From Bdellovibrionales bacterium (GTDB lineage: Bacteria > Bdellovibrionota > Bdellovibrionia > Bdellovibrionales > DASUEL01): a stretch of 64,000 nucleotides of DNA. Location of the stretch: NCBI GenBank assembly GCA_050250255.1, contig JBFWOZ010000013.1, positions 1-64,000 on the forward strand, given 5' to 3'. The notes beneath the pieces are model-generated. The model searched no databases and had not been told where the DNA came from. It saw only the letters and a program-made list of their open reading frames with translations. Of the stretch, positions 10,009 through 20,572 are shown in pieces (positions within the stretch are counted from its first letter, which is position 1; each line of letters opens with the position of its first letter). The translations under genes and the position numbers were made by a program.

Positions 10009-10787
10009 TTACTCGATTTCCAAGAGGCGGAACGTTTTTCTAAAAAGCTTTTCATACCCTCTTGTCCTTCATCACTCATGCGGCGTTCGGCGATGACTCG
10101 AATTGTTTCTTTCACAATTTTTGTCTGTGGCTGGCGCGCATTAAAATTTAAAAGTTTTTTTGTGGCCTTCACCGCTTCAGGTCCGTTTGCGAGCATAAGA
10201 TCAATGCGTCCTTGTACGTAGGCTTCCACTTCTACTTCGCTTCCGTAGAAGTGAACAAGCCCCATCTTTTCGGCTTTCGGCGCTTGAAATAACTCTGCCG
10301 TTAACATCATCTCACGAGCGAGATGTGCATGAGCCTTTTCTAAAACAAAAGAACTAATCACGCTGGGTACTAAGCCTAGTCTCACTTCACTAAAACAAAA
10401 TTTTGTTTCGACTTGCACGGCCACTATATCACTCGCCGCCACGAGCCCTAAGCCTCCACCCATCACACTTCCATGAGCTTGAGTAATAACTGGGAGGGCA
10501 CAATTACGCAGGCTTTCAAACATATCGTAGAGTTTTTTAGAGTCGGCGAGGTTTTGCTTTTTAGAAAATTTCACCATCTCCTTCATCCACTCGAGATCAG
10601 CACCTGCACAAAAGCTTTTTCCATTTCCCGAAAACACAACGACACGCGCTGATTTATTTTTTTTAAAAGACTGGAAGAACGCCGTAATCTCTTGAATCAT
10701 TTTCGGATTGAAGGCGTTATGCACATCCGGCCGATTTAAATTCGCGTAAACAACAGATCCTTGTTCTTTAATTTCTAAAAAATTCAT
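10005..10787 (-). CDS. liuC: Methylglutaconyl-CoA hydratase (crotonase family)
   Basis: NRPDVHNAFN, FCAGADL, GGGLGL, EVRLGL; liu context. Confidence 0.9.
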   Translation of the reverse strand: MNFLEIKEQGSVVYANLNRPDVHNAFNPKMIQEITAFFQSFKKNKSARVVVFSGNGKSFCAGADLEWMKEMVKFSKKQNLADSKKLYDMFESLRNCALPVITQAHGSVMGGGLGLVAASDIVAVQVETKFCFSEVRLGLVPSVISSFVLEKAHAHLAREMMLTAELFQAPKAEKMGLVHFYGSEVEVEAYVQGRIDLMLANGPEAVKATKKLLNFNARQPQTKIVKETIRVIAERRMSDEGQEGMKSFLEKRSASWKSSK

Positions 10788-10795
10788 TTACGAAC

Positions 10796-12424
10796 TCACA
10801 TTCTGTAGACCCCAGGACCAGTGATATCCCAGGACTTATTGAGAGAAGCAGAAATTCCCATCGCAAGAACTCGTCTTGTATCTGCAGGATCAATGATTCC
10901 ATCATCCCACAAACGCGCACTAGAGAAATAAGCAGAGCTCTCTTGATCATATTTTTTAAGAGTTGGTTCTTTGAATTTTGCTTGGACGTCGGGAGCCATG
11001 ACTTTGCCCTCTTTTTTCTCTTGATCCATTTTTACGGTCAAAAGAACATTCGCGGCTTGCTCCCCGCCCATCACGGCAATTTTGGAATTTGGCCACATCC
11101 AAAGTTGTCTTGGTTGGAAAGCACGGCCACACATACCGTAGTTTCCTGCTCCGTAAGAGTTGCCAATCACAACCGTGAACTTAGGAACGGGCGCGGTACT
11201 CACAGCCATCACCATCTTCGCACCATCTTTGGCGATGCCTTGGTGTTCATACTTTTTTCCGACCATAAAGCCCGTGATATTTTGCAAAAAGACGAGAGGG
11301 ATTTTTCTCTGCACACAAAGCTCAATGAAGTGAGTCGCCTTCAGTGCGCTTTCGCTAAAAAGCACTCCGTTGTTGGCCACAATTCCTACCGGGTAGCCCC
11401 AAATGTGCGCAAACCCAGTCACGATCGTCGTGGCGTAATTTTGTTTGAACTCATGGAAAGCAGAAGCGTCTACGATGCGCGCGATGATTTCGCGAACATC
11501 AAAAATCTTTTTAGGATCTTTAGGAATAATTCCGTAAATTTCTCTAGGATTATATTTTGGTTCTACCAACGCATGTTTTTTGAGCTGCACCACTTTAGAT
11601 TTATTTAAATGGGATACGATACTACGAGTGATTTCGAGCGCATGCTCATCATCATCTGCCAAGTGATCGGTCACACCGCTGATTTTTGAGTGAACCGCTC
11701 CACCACCAAGTGTTTCGGCATCTACTTCTTCGCCCGTCGCCGCTTTCACAAGCGGAGGACCACCAAGAAATATGGTTCCTTTTCCTGAAACGATGACGTT
11801 TTCATCACTCATGGCCGGAATGTAGGCACCACCTGCCGTACAAGAACCAAGAACTACGGAAATCTGGGAGATCCCTAGTGCCGACATTCTCGCTTGATTA
11901 TAAAATATGCGGCCAAAATGATCGCGATCAGGAAAAACTTCTGATTGCAGAGGTAAAAAAGCGCCACCGCTGTCGACAAGATAAATACAAGGAAGTCCGT
12001 TTTCGAGAGCGACTTCTTGAGCACGTAAGTGTTTTTTTACCGTAATCGGAAAATAAGTTCCGCCTTTGACCGTCGCATCGTTAGCAACGATCACACATTC
12101 CACCCCAGAAATTGTCCCTACACCCGTAACGATACCCCCACCAGGGCAGGCAGAATCATACATTTCCCAACCCGCAAGGGCCGAAAACTCTAAAAAGGCG
12201 GTACCGGGATCAATGAGACGATCAATGCGTTCATGAGCGGTGAGCTTTTGACGAGATTTGTGTCTCTCGACCGCTTCCGGTCCCCCACCCGCATGAACTT
12301 GCTTTAAGCGTTCTTTTAGAAGCTTAAGGTGAGACTCCATATGAGCTTGATTGGTTTTAAATTCCTCAGAAGAAACATCTAGTTGTGACTCAATGACTTG
12401 TGAGTCTGAATTCATTTCCAGCAT
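10796..12424 (-). CDS. liuB: Methylcrotonyl-CoA carboxylase carboxyltransferase (beta) subunit
   Basis: [33 protein letters not shown]; start moved to ATG 12424. Confidence 0.93.
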   Translation of the reverse strand: MLEMNSDSQVIESQLDVSSEEFKTNQAHMESHLKLLKERLKQVHAGGGPEAVERHKSRQKLTAHERIDRLIDPGTAFLEFSALAGWEMYDSACPGGGIVTGVGTISGVECVIVANDATVKGGTYFPITVKKHLRAQEVALENGLPCIYLVDSGGAFLPLQSEVFPDRDHFGRIFYNQARMSALGISQISVVLGSCTAGGAYIPAMSDENVIVSGKGTIFLGGPPLVKAATGEEVDAETLGGGAVHSKISGVTDHLADDDEHALEITRSIVSHLNKSKVVQLKKHALVEPKYNPREIYGIIPKDPKKIFDVREIIARIVDASAFHEFKQNYATTIVTGFAHIWGYPVGIVANNGVLFSESALKATHFIELCVQRKIPLVFLQNITGFMVGKKYEHQGIAKDGAKMVMAVSTAPVPKFTVVIGNSYGAGNYGMCGRAFQPRQLWMWPNSKIAVMGGEQAANVLLTVKMDQEKKEGKVMAPDVQAKFKEPTLKKYDQESSAYFSSARLWDDGIIDPADTRRVLAMGISASLNKSWDITGPGVYRM

Positions 12425-12470
12425 AGAAACAGTATGGCCTAGGAAACATCTCTGTGCTACACAAATTCCC

Positions 12471-13343
12471 ATGCTTGATTCCGAATCTATCGCACCCGAA
12501 ACTTTGAAATACGATACCCGACATTACATCGTGGAAAACTCGGGCGCTCTCGTTGATTATTTAGAAACAAAAACCCAAAAAGCGACAGATTGTGTCAAAG
12601 CCTTGCTCGATCTCGGAAGCGTTTACGTAGATAAACTCCGTGTGACAGAAAACATCTCCCTCTCTCGTGGTCAGTACATTCGCGTGCATTGTAAACCAAA
12701 ACGCTATGCCACCGAACAACTCCACTGGGAACAGTTCATCACTTTTCAAACGGATGATTTCTTAATTGTAGATAAACCCCCAGACATTCCCGTGCATCCC
12801 ACCGTGGATAACGTGAGAGAAAACATGCTCTCTGCCCTCGAAAGACATTTAGGTCATAAACTCTATATCACGCAAAGGCTCGACGTTCCCACTCAAGGTC
12901 TCTTGGTTCTCGGCAAAACTTTGGAATTTCAAAAACTCTTTAATAAAATGCTCGCGCGAAAAGCGATCGAAAAATATTACCACGCTCGCATTAGCCAACC
13001 GCTTGAACCTCAGTTGGTCCGCCATTTTATGAAGCCCCACCATGGTAGTCCTAAGGTTGTCTCTATGGAGCCCATCGAACTCTGGCATGAGTGCCTTTTA
13101 GAAATACAATCTTGCACAGAGATGGCGGAAAAAGACTACATTTGTCGCTTACGACTCCTTACGGGTCGTACTCATCAAATTCGTGCACAACTTTCTGCAT
13201 TGGGAGCTCCGCTGCAAGGAGATCACGACTATGGAAGTCCTCTCGCTCGAGAAAAATTCTTCCTACGTTCCGTAGAATTAGCCTTCACGTGCCCCATTTC
13301 TCAAAAAAGCTTTCGCTTTAACGCTGCGCAAAGCCCTAGCTAG
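12471..13343 (+). CDS. RluA-family pseudouridine synthase with S4-like N-terminus
   Basis: VDKP, QRLD (catalytic Asp), [14 protein letters not shown]; start ATG 12471. Confidence 0.9.
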   Translation: MLDSESIAPETLKYDTRHYIVENSGALVDYLETKTQKATDCVKALLDLGSVYVDKLRVTENISLSRGQYIRVHCKPKRYATEQLHWEQFITFQTDDFLIVDKPPDIPVHPTVDNVRENMLSALERHLGHKLYITQRLDVPTQGLLVLGKTLEFQKLFNKMLARKAIEKYYHARISQPLEPQLVRHFMKPHHGSPKVVSMEPIELWHECLLEIQSCTEMAEKDYICRLRLLTGRTHQIRAQLSALGAPLQGDHDYGSPLAREKFFLRSVELAFTCPISQKSFRFNAAQSPS

Positions 13344-13372
13344 AAACTCAAAAAGTGAAATATCATTCGTTT

Positions 13373-13822
13373 ATGCGCTATTTAAGTTTATTGATTTTAA
13401 CGGCGATCATTTTCATCTCGTGGAAAGTCACGCAACTCGAAGCAAAAGTTCACGTGCGCGTTCATCACGATATTCAAATGGATCTCTCTAAGATTATTGC
13501 GGCGGCCGTAAAAGCCCAACTTCCTAACTCCTCCGAAGTGAAATTTGATAAACTTTTTTCCGAAACTTTAGATGCAGACCACGTTCGTGTGTCTTTTTCT
13601 TACAATTATAAAGACGCCACTCAGGACGATAATACAGAAATGAAAATCACCGGCGATGCTCTCGTCACCAGAAATACGAACGATCGTACTCAGTGGACCC
13701 TGGAAAAAATCAACGTCGACCAATCCGCCATCGAATTTAAAAATGGACTCGTGGTGACAAAAGAAGCCGGCGCTCAAGAAGAGTTTCCTCCGGCAGAAAC
13801 AGAAGAAAGCCTCAATCAATAA
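13373..13822 (+). CDS. Hypothetical membrane-anchored/secreted protein
   Basis: N-terminal hydrophobic segment; ATG 13373 lies 6 nt after TATCAT. Confidence 0.75.
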   Translation: MRYLSLLILTAIIFISWKVTQLEAKVHVRVHHDIQMDLSKIIAAAVKAQLPNSSEVKFDKLFSETLDADHVRVSFSYNYKDATQDDNTEMKITGDALVTRNTNDRTQWTLEKINVDQSAIEFKNGLVVTKEAGAQEEFPPAETEESLNQ

Positions 13823-14854
13823 ATGATTACAAATCCAAATATTCAAGTGGACCCCGAAGGATACCTTTCGTCTGGCGGCATTCGCATCACAGATGCCGAA
13901 GTTGGCCATGACCTCCTCAAAAAGTTGCGCAGAGAAGATGAAGTCTACTTCTCTACTTACGGTGACCGAAGTGTTTTAGTCGAAGCTTTCGATCGACCTC
14001 TCATCGCAATCCAAGTGGAAAAAGTTTCTGGATTCCATTGGATCGCGGTTTGCCCTTACGGCTATAAAGTAGATTTTGATGTACGAAAATTACGACTAGA
14101 CGCTTGGGACCGTTTCAACGGCGTGACCGAAAGCGAGATCGCATTTGTTTTCAGCCGTACAGCGCAAGCTGAGTTTTTCAAATTACTCGACGACTATACT
14201 GATGAAACCATTACGGTGGACGGAGAAGAACTCTCAATCCCAGAGTTTTACGTCGAAGATCCTAACGCCCAAGCTCCAACTTTTTGGGGAGACTATTATC
14301 AAAAGGACGAACTGCCGCCTTGGGATTTGGATCAGTACAACCCCAACCTCAATGGAATCTTGGCGCAATTAAAGCTCAATAAATCTAAAATTTTAGTTTT
14401 AGGTGCCGGCCAAGGACACGATGCCAACTTTCTCGCGGAACAAGGCCACATCGTGACCGCGGTAGATTACAGCCCAGCCGCTCAGAAAAGTTTCACCCAA
14501 AGATATCCACAATCTCTTGTCGCCAATTACACCGTGAGAGATGTGTTTCAACTACCGCCAGAATGGCTAAATTCTTTTGATCTCGTATTTGATCACACTC
14601 TTTTTTGTGCGATTCCACCGAGACAAAGAAAAAGCCTTATCCAGGTTTGGAAAAAAGTTTTAAAACCCCGAGGACATTTACTTTCGATCTTTTTCTTACT
14701 CACACGAACCAGTGGCCCCGCTTATGGTGTAACTGAATGGGAAGCTCAGCAACTCATGCAAAAAGATTTTGATTTCATCTATTGGTCACGAGCTAAAAAT
14801 TCCGCTCAATCGAGAAAAAACAAAGAGCTCATCGTCTACGCTCAGAAAAAATAA
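13823..14854 (+). CDS. Thiopurine-S-methyltransferase-like class I SAM methyltransferase with extra N-terminal domain
   Basis: PWDL, LVLGAGQGHD, DHTLFCAI motifs. Confidence 0.85.
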   Translation: MITNPNIQVDPEGYLSSGGIRITDAEVGHDLLKKLRREDEVYFSTYGDRSVLVEAFDRPLIAIQVEKVSGFHWIAVCPYGYKVDFDVRKLRLDAWDRFNGVTESEIAFVFSRTAQAEFFKLLDDYTDETITVDGEELSIPEFYVEDPNAQAPTFWGDYYQKDELPPWDLDQYNPNLNGILAQLKLNKSKILVLGAGQGHDANFLAEQGHIVTAVDYSPAAQKSFTQRYPQSLVANYTVRDVFQLPPEWLNSFDLVFDHTLFCAIPPRQRKSLIQVWKKVLKPRGHLLSIFFLLTRTSGPAYGVTEWEAQQLMQKDFDFIYWSRAKNSAQSRKNKELIVYAQKK

Positions 14855-14880
14855 GGCCCCCTTGATTTCTCAAGGAGGCC
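14855..14880. terminator. Hairpin terminator between methyltransferase and rnpB
   Basis: GGCCCCCTTGA-tttc-TCAAGGAGGCC. Confidence 0.6.
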
Positions 14881-14886
14881 TGTCAG

Positions 14887-15295
14887 ACGTTTCGCGATAA
14901 GCCGGATTCTGTCAGAGATTTGTTTCGACATAACAAATCTTGGACGACCATTCCTCTGGGAAAGTTATTACTAACTTCCTCAAGCGATCTTACCCGAGAG
15001 TCAAAGATGGGCCATCCATACTCTCCTATTTGATCTTGCTCCACGCAGAGTTTAGCTGTTTTCACTCCAGCAGCTCCCTCAAATTCTCCCGTTCCCGAAT
15101 AAGAGATCAAAGCTCTGGACATTCTCTCTGTTCCACTGTTCCTCACCCCACGTTCTGAATTTTTGATCCAAAATGAGATGGAGGGGCGTTACCCCTTGCG
15201 CTGCCCTATGGAGTCCGGACTTTCCTCCAAGTCTTACATAGATTCTACGTAAACGTAAAACCTACGTATTTGACCCAGCGATCGTCTGCGAAACT
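14887..15295 (-). ncRNA. rnpB: RNase P RNA (class A)
   Basis: Minus strand has GAGGAAAGTCCGGACTCC...GGGGTAACGCCCC and ACAGAATCCGGCTTA; the P1 helix GTTTCGC/GCGAAAC closes the ends. Confidence 0.95.
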
Positions 15296-15374
15296 AGAGG
15301 CTTTATAGCACATTCCAGACGACCTCACCCATAAAAAGCTTAGGGTTTTATCTTGGATTTCCACCCAAAACCCC

Positions 15375-15401
15375 TTTAATCCTCGACTAGACTACCGATA
15401 A
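15375..15401 (+). promoter_or_regulatory. sigma28/FliA-like promoter
   Basis: TTTAA-N14-ACCGATAA, 7 nt before ATG 15409. Confidence 0.55.
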
Positions 15402-15408
15402 GTCCTGT

Positions 15409-15492
15409 ATGCAGCGTCAGCTCTTCTTGATTGCATTATTACTCTTGGGATCAGCCGTTTTGGTGTTTCATATCCAAAGCATCTTTTTCTAG
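15409..15492 (+). CDS. 27-aa hydrophobic micropeptide
   Basis: MQRQLFLIALLLLGSAVLVFHIQSIFF; below the ORF-track cutoff. Confidence 0.45.
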   Translation: MQRQLFLIALLLLGSAVLVFHIQSIFF

Positions 15493-15510
15493 GCTTCAGG
15501 GGTTAACAAC

Positions 15511-16206
15511 ATGGGACTTCTAAAAAAAATTCAAATTCTTAAGCGAAGTCTGATCGTTTTAGTTTCGGTGAATATCTTCGTGCTGATCACGGCTTTCGTT
15601 GCGGCCTATAACTACTATCAATCGAAATATCAGCTAGAAGCACAGTGGGATCAAAAACAAAGTGCTCTGATCGAAGTACAAAATGCGGAATCCGAGATTT
15701 ATCGACTTTCGCTTCTTAAACCCCAAACCAGTGATCAACAATACGCCCACAGAAGAGATTCCGAAAAGCTTAGCGAAAGTTTATTGAAACTTGGAGTGAC
15801 GCAAAAAAGTTCTCCAGAACGCTTAGCAGAACTCCATAAAATCAGCACAACTTATCAATCCGAAGTGAAAAGCCTTATCTCGCTTTCCACAAAAACTTCT
15901 TCTCAAGCTGCGATCGTCGGATTTTTCACTCTTGTTTTTGGAATTATTCTACCCCTACTTATTTCTTTTTGGCTCACACGTTCCATGCTTCAAGCCAAAC
16001 GCGATTACGAAGCGATGGTCGCTCAGTGGATAACAAGTTATTTACAGGGATGGCAAACGGCAGGAGATAAGCCATTTCAAGATCCGTTCTTCTGGATGAA
16101 TCTTGTTATCGCAACGGTTGAAATCTTTGGCCCACAAAGCAAACATCCCGCGATGCAAATCCTTTCGGAATTTGCACCCGTGATTAAGCGCGAAATCAAT
16201 AAATAA
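15511..16206 (+). CDS. Hypothetical membrane protein (TM - helical periplasmic region - TM)
   Basis: Two hydrophobic segments flanking a helical region; no recognisable output domain. Confidence 0.75.
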   Translation: MGLLKKIQILKRSLIVLVSVNIFVLITAFVAAYNYYQSKYQLEAQWDQKQSALIEVQNAESEIYRLSLLKPQTSDQQYAHRRDSEKLSESLLKLGVTQKSSPERLAELHKISTTYQSEVKSLISLSTKTSSQAAIVGFFTLVFGIILPLLISFWLTRSMLQAKRDYEAMVAQWITSYLQGWQTAGDKPFQDPFFWMNLVIATVEIFGPQSKHPAMQILSEFAPVIKREINK

Positions 16207-16277
16207 AGGTACGGACAAATAAAGGTACGGACACACTTTTGGGACGCACTAAGTCCCAAAAGTGTGTCCGTACCTTT
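16201..16277. repeat. REP-like 57-bp palindrome, copy 1, with a 16-bp tandem duplication at its left end
   Basis: AAAGGTACGGACACACTTTTGGGAC-gcactaa-GTCCCAAAAGTGTGTCCGTACCTTT (16221-16277); AAATAAAGGTACGGAC repeated at 16201 and 16217. Confidence 0.9.
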
Positions 16278-16319
16278 TACCATGAGCAATCAATAAACGT
16301 GCGAGTTAACTGTGGTTTG

Positions 16320-17795
16320 TTACGCCGCCGCAGTTTTTACTTGTTTTTTGGGTATTCGAATCACAAAGCGTGTATTAGGACATTGAGTATCCAGTTTTAA
16401 TTCACCGCCGTGCCTTCGAATAATGCCAGAAGAGATGCTCAAGCCCATACCCGTTCCTTTTCCAATTTCTTTTGTAGTGAAAAACGGTTGGAAAATTTTT
16501 TCTCTTACTTTGTGGGGAACGCCGCTACCACAATCTGTAACCTGAATATCCAAATAACTTTGTTCGTCCGCAATAGAGATTTTGATCCACTTGTCTTGAA
16601 AACCAGATATGGCATCGTGTGCATTATTAAGCAGGTTAAGAAGAACTTGGGAGAGCTCGGTAGCACGGCCGAAAAAGCTGAGATCTTTTTTGAAATCATC
16701 AATAATAATTTTCGTATCGTTATGTTTGAATCTTTCACTGCAAAAACTGAGCGTATCTTCGATTAACTCATGTAGATTGACAGGATGGAAAGCATCTTTA
16801 CTTCCATCACGCGAAAAAGATCTTAAGCCCTGTACAATTTTAGCAATACGAGTGGTCGTATTCTCAATCTCGTTGGACATACTTTTAATAAGTGATCTGT
16901 CTAAAGGATCTTCATCAATCACCTCTTGAAGCTGGCCTGATAAACTCATAATAACTGCTAGAGGATTATTAATTTCGTGCGCGACTCCTCCCGCCATTTC
17001 GCCGAGAGCTGACATCTTTGATGAAGACATCAGAGTTTGTTGTTGGCTCAGAATTTTTTGCTGCGACTCCTGAAGCTGCCTGGTACGTTCCGCCACCTTT
17101 GCTTCGAGTGAAGAATTTAATTGCGCCACTTCATCATGCGCAAGCTGTAATGCTTTAGTTTTATCTTCAAGACGAACTTGGCTTTCAGAGACTGATTGCA
17201 ATTCTCCCAACGCAATTTTAATGGAGTACCAAAGAATAGAATCTTCAAAAATAACCCATGCAGCGTGCTCTAAGGCGCGCCAAGGAGTGGCCGTTAAAAC
17301 ACCATAAACAGACTCTGGCCAGAAAGCTCCTCTTAGTAAATGATCCGCTGCCGTAACGACCGTACCAATAAGGACCGGTCTCCAATCTCTATAAAAAGCT
17401 AAAAAAGCCAACGATCCAAAAATATGAAAATGAGTTTCAATTCGTCCGCCCGTGAGATGTATAAAAAGAATGGAGAATAGAATTTGTGAAACGGCCACCA
17501 CCATGCGATTGATAGGAGCACCGGGATTTTTAAGAATCATAAAAACAGGAAGTCCCGTAATTGCAGCGCCTAGAAATATGGCAGCATATACATGGATATG
17601 CGTTTGGCTATATTCTCCGGCCCAGGTAAGAGGGGAAATTAAAAGAGCAAACCCTATTCCCAACAGCCACTGAAAAATAAAAAGATAGGCAAAGAGTCGG
17701 TCCGTTTTTTTTGCATGCAATTCATAGTGTGAGGAGAAGACTTCTTGTACTCTTCTTCTGAAGTGATCTGACAAATTTTGTTGGATTTCCATCAT
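16320..17795 (-). CDS. Membrane sensor histidine kinase (RedC-like multi-TM input domain)
   Basis: TM region with GGRIETHFH..LAFYRDWR; H-box AHEINNPL; NLLNNA, DCGSG, FFTTK, GTGMGL. Confidence 0.92.
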   Translation of the reverse strand: MMEIQQNLSDHFRRRVQEVFSSHYELHAKKTDRLFAYLFIFQWLLGIGFALLISPLTWAGEYSQTHIHVYAAIFLGAAITGLPVFMILKNPGAPINRMVVAVSQILFSILFIHLTGGRIETHFHIFGSLAFLAFYRDWRPVLIGTVVTAADHLLRGAFWPESVYGVLTATPWRALEHAAWVIFEDSILWYSIKIALGELQSVSESQVRLEDKTKALQLAHDEVAQLNSSLEAKVAERTRQLQESQQKILSQQQTLMSSSKMSALGEMAGGVAHEINNPLAVIMSLSGQLQEVIDEDPLDRSLIKSMSNEIENTTTRIAKIVQGLRSFSRDGSKDAFHPVNLHELIEDTLSFCSERFKHNDTKIIIDDFKKDLSFFGRATELSQVLLNLLNNAHDAISGFQDKWIKISIADEQSYLDIQVTDCGSGVPHKVREKIFQPFFTTKEIGKGTGMGLSISSGIIRRHGGELKLDTQCPNTRFVIRIPKKQVKTAAA

Positions 17796-18415
17796 AAGCC
17801 TTCCTCGTCTGCAACCGCACGCTCTGGGCTATTTAAGGAACACCCAAACACCGGCGCCGACGCTATAGCTGTTTTACCTGTTTGCACAAAAGATAAAATG
17901 GCCTGTCTTCCATTGCTATCGCCCATATGACCCCGCTCAGGAGTAATACCTCCATGAAAAGCGAGCTGCCCTTGTGAATCATATAGAAACACTTGTCCCG
18001 ATGTCTTCGCGCCAAAGCGGTTCGCTTCGAGACCGCCTACATCTAAAATGGTATTTATTTCTGGTAATTTTTGTGTTTCTTGCCACAGTTCTTCTTTGGC
18101 CCAATCGTCGGATTGACTTTTGGGTTTGACAAAAACCACGTAGCTTCTGACTTTATTTTTTATGTGTGGCAGAAGTCTTTCCAACTCTCTCACGGAAGCC
18201 GTAGAGCATGGGCATCGAGGATGTCCAAAAACAATCAATGTTGGAAGATCTGCACCACGCTTTAACTCCGTATCCTTAGGCCATTCAATCTGAATAGATG
18301 CCGCTTTACCCGGGGTACCCGCGTAGTTGAAAAGCTGCCAAAACCCCACAATTAAAAGAATTCCCCAAATAGGTAGGAGTAAAAATTTTCCAAAATTTGT
18401 TTGATTAGAATTCAT
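17792..18415 (-). CDS. Membrane-anchored thioredoxin-fold protein with CxC (RedB-like)
   Basis: N-terminal TM; HPRCPCS; FGAKTSG; GGIT..RGH.G; C-terminal VFGC. The family name is from recall. Confidence 0.7.
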   Translation of the reverse strand: MNSNQTNFGKFLLLPIWGILLIVGFWQLFNYAGTPGKAASIQIEWPKDTELKRGADLPTLIVFGHPRCPCSTASVRELERLLPHIKNKVRSYVVFVKPKSQSDDWAKEELWQETQKLPEINTILDVGGLEANRFGAKTSGQVFLYDSQGQLAFHGGITPERGHMGDSNGRQAILSFVQTGKTAIASAPVFGCSLNSPERAVADEEGL

Positions 18416-18445
18416 CTCTATATTCTTTCGATTTTCATGCGGCTT

Positions 18446-19810
18446 TTACTCCTGCTTAAAAAGTTTTTTTAATGCTTTAAAGGCAGCAGGATCCATTTGT
18501 CCTGATTTAAGTTTTTCCATGGTTACAATAGCTTCTTGCGCGGGCAATGGATTGATATCGGTACGATATTTAATGGCTAACTCGCAAAAAATATTTGCTA
18601 CACTTACTACTTTCGAAAGAGGGTGGATATCCCTTGGAGGAATACCCCGAGGAAATCCTTGACTCAAAATATTCTCATGGTGCTCATAGGCAATTGCAAC
18701 TACCTCGGATGGCATGGTGGGCAATGATTCTAGTATTTCTTTGCCTCGCGTAGGGTGAGTTTCAATTAGGCGCCTTTCTTTTTGTGTTAAAAGTGGGCGC
18801 GATTTTTCTAGAAGCTCCTTGTCGATTTCCTTTTTTCCAATGTCATGCATAAGCCCACCAACAGAAAGCTTAAATAAAGTGGCGCTGGAGTGCCAGCCTA
18901 ACTCTCGGGCAATCATAACCGAGAAAGTACTCACGCCCAGGCTATGGGAGTATAGAAAATCAGCATGCGAGCTCAGTATTTCTAAGATTGTCATCGTGTG
19001 TGAGTCTTCAGTTAAAATGTCCATGCTTGTTACGACAAACTCTTTTGTCTCTTGAAATAACTCTTTGTTGACACCGTTAACAAAAACATTCTCTAAAATA
19101 AGTTCTCCGGCCCCCTTCATAAAATTTATTTTTTTATCTGCAGCGAGGGTGTCACTTTTATCGACTAATTTGGCAAGTCGAAGATTAAAATCTACAATTT
19201 TAGAAAAATCCTCTTTTTTAAGATAGACATACGCAACTCCTTTTTCCTTGTAAGTTTTAACTTGTTCTTCAGAGATTTTTCCTCCCTGATGAGCAATCTT
19301 AATATATTTTATATTTGAAATTCGTATATAAATGCTGCACTCAGTTTCTTTATCTGAAAGAAAACTTTCAATCGAAACCTTACAAAATTGAGGGTCTAAG
19401 TCGACCGGCGCTTGTGGAGTTGGCGCCTGTTTGTTTTTGGTGTGCTTAAGAATAATTTCCTGGAGATCTGCTTCTTTAAAAGGTTTAGCCAAAAAATCGT
19501 CCGCTCCGGTTTCGTGCGCTGTTTTTGTCTCTAAGGCCTGAGAAAAACCAGTCATCAAGATCACGGGTGTAGGGTGAGTTGCTTTAATCCATACAAGCAA
19601 CTCAAGACCTGTTAAATGTGGCATTTGAATGTCAGAGGTAACCAAGTCAAAGTTTTGGAATTCCATCATCTCTTTTGCGACCTTTCCATTTGACGCCTCA
19701 GAGACAGCATATTGTTTTTTGATCAGAGATTTCATAATCACGGATCTAAAAGCATCATCATCTTCAACCAACAAAATCTTTACCGGCTCCATACTTTTAA
19801 CCTCTCTCAA
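18446..19810 (-). CDS. Response regulator with HD-GYP-type domain
   Basis: REC (VEDD, SDIQMP, KPF); HSLGV, HDIGK, HP, HHE...GFP. Confidence 0.9.
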   Translation of the reverse strand: MREVKSMEPVKILLVEDDDAFRSVIMKSLIKKQYAVSEASNGKVAKEMMEFQNFDLVTSDIQMPHLTGLELLVWIKATHPTPVILMTGFSQALETKTAHETGADDFLAKPFKEADLQEIILKHTKNKQAPTPQAPVDLDPQFCKVSIESFLSDKETECSIYIRISNIKYIKIAHQGGKISEEQVKTYKEKGVAYVYLKKEDFSKIVDFNLRLAKLVDKSDTLAADKKINFMKGAGELILENVFVNGVNKELFQETKEFVVTSMDILTEDSHTMTILEILSSHADFLYSHSLGVSTFSVMIARELGWHSSATLFKLSVGGLMHDIGKKEIDKELLEKSRPLLTQKERRLIETHPTRGKEILESLPTMPSEVVAIAYEHHENILSQGFPRGIPPRDIHPLSKVVSVANIFCELAIKYRTDINPLPAQEAIVTMEKLKSGQMDPAAFKALKKLFKQE

Positions 19811-19813
19811 TTT

Positions 19814-20572
19814 CTACGATTTTGGGATAAAGGATTTGGTTTTTAACGTGTTGATGAGTTCAATAACTTGTGAGCGACTCAAATCGCTTAAGGAATCAAA
19901 CTCGATGCCATAACCTGAGGGTAGGTCCTCGTCCCCTTGAGTACGTACCCATCGAATAATTCCTGTTCCTTCAATGGTTATAGATCCTTCTTGAAATTTA
20001 ATATTAAAATGTGCTTTTGACTCTACGGCTACGGTAGGTTCTTTAATGGCGACAAAAAAACCTCCACGCCCAATATTCAATACCTTCCCCTGAAGAGAAG
20101 TTTTGAGATCTGTAAAAACAAGATCAATAGGGAGCTGGATATGCGAATCTAATCTCTCAGTTTTCCGCGCCTGCCATTGCTCATCCTTTGCACTTACAGC
20201 TCTAAGAACTGCGGCTAAAAGAGCCTTTCGGTCGAAGGGTTTTGAGAAGACCGCATTCACTCCCTTATCGTAAGCTTCTTCTACCGTAATGTCCGCAAAC
20301 CCAGTAATAAACATAACGACTGGCAAATTGGGGTCACGTGTTTTGACATTTTCGAGGAGTTCTATCCCATCACCGCCAGGCATTCTCACATCCGTTAAAA
20401 CCAAATCAATTTTTTCACTTTTAATGATTTCAAAAGCGAGTTTTCCATTTTCAGCTTCCCTAACGTTAAAACCCTTTTTTTTGAAATCAAAGACAATCGC
20501 CTTTCGTAGTGCAGGTTCGTCATCAACAACCAAAATATTTATATCTTTAGGTTCTCGCACTTGGCACCCCAC
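19814..20572 (-). CDS. Response regulator with PilZ domain
   Basis: REC (VDDE, TDVRMP, KPF); RKTER, NIGRGG, IRW..GYGIEF. Start may be GTG 20560. Confidence 0.9.
   Translation of the reverse strand: MGCQVREPKDINILVVDDEPALRKAIVFDFKKKGFNVREAENGKLAFEIIKSEKIDLVLTDVRMPGGDGIELLENVKTRDPNLPVVMFITGFADITVEEAYDKGVNAVFSKPFDRKALLAAVLRAVSAKDEQWQARKTERLDSHIQLPIDLVFTDLKTSLQGKVLNIGRGGFFVAIKEPTVAVESKAHFNIKFQEGSITIEGTGIIRWVRTQGDEDLPSGYGIEFDSLSDLSRSQVIELINTLKTKSFIPKS

Noticed and set aside
14883..15158. ORFs 14883-15146 (-) and 14940-15158 (+)
   Set aside because: They lie within the RNase P RNA gene and have no protein motifs.
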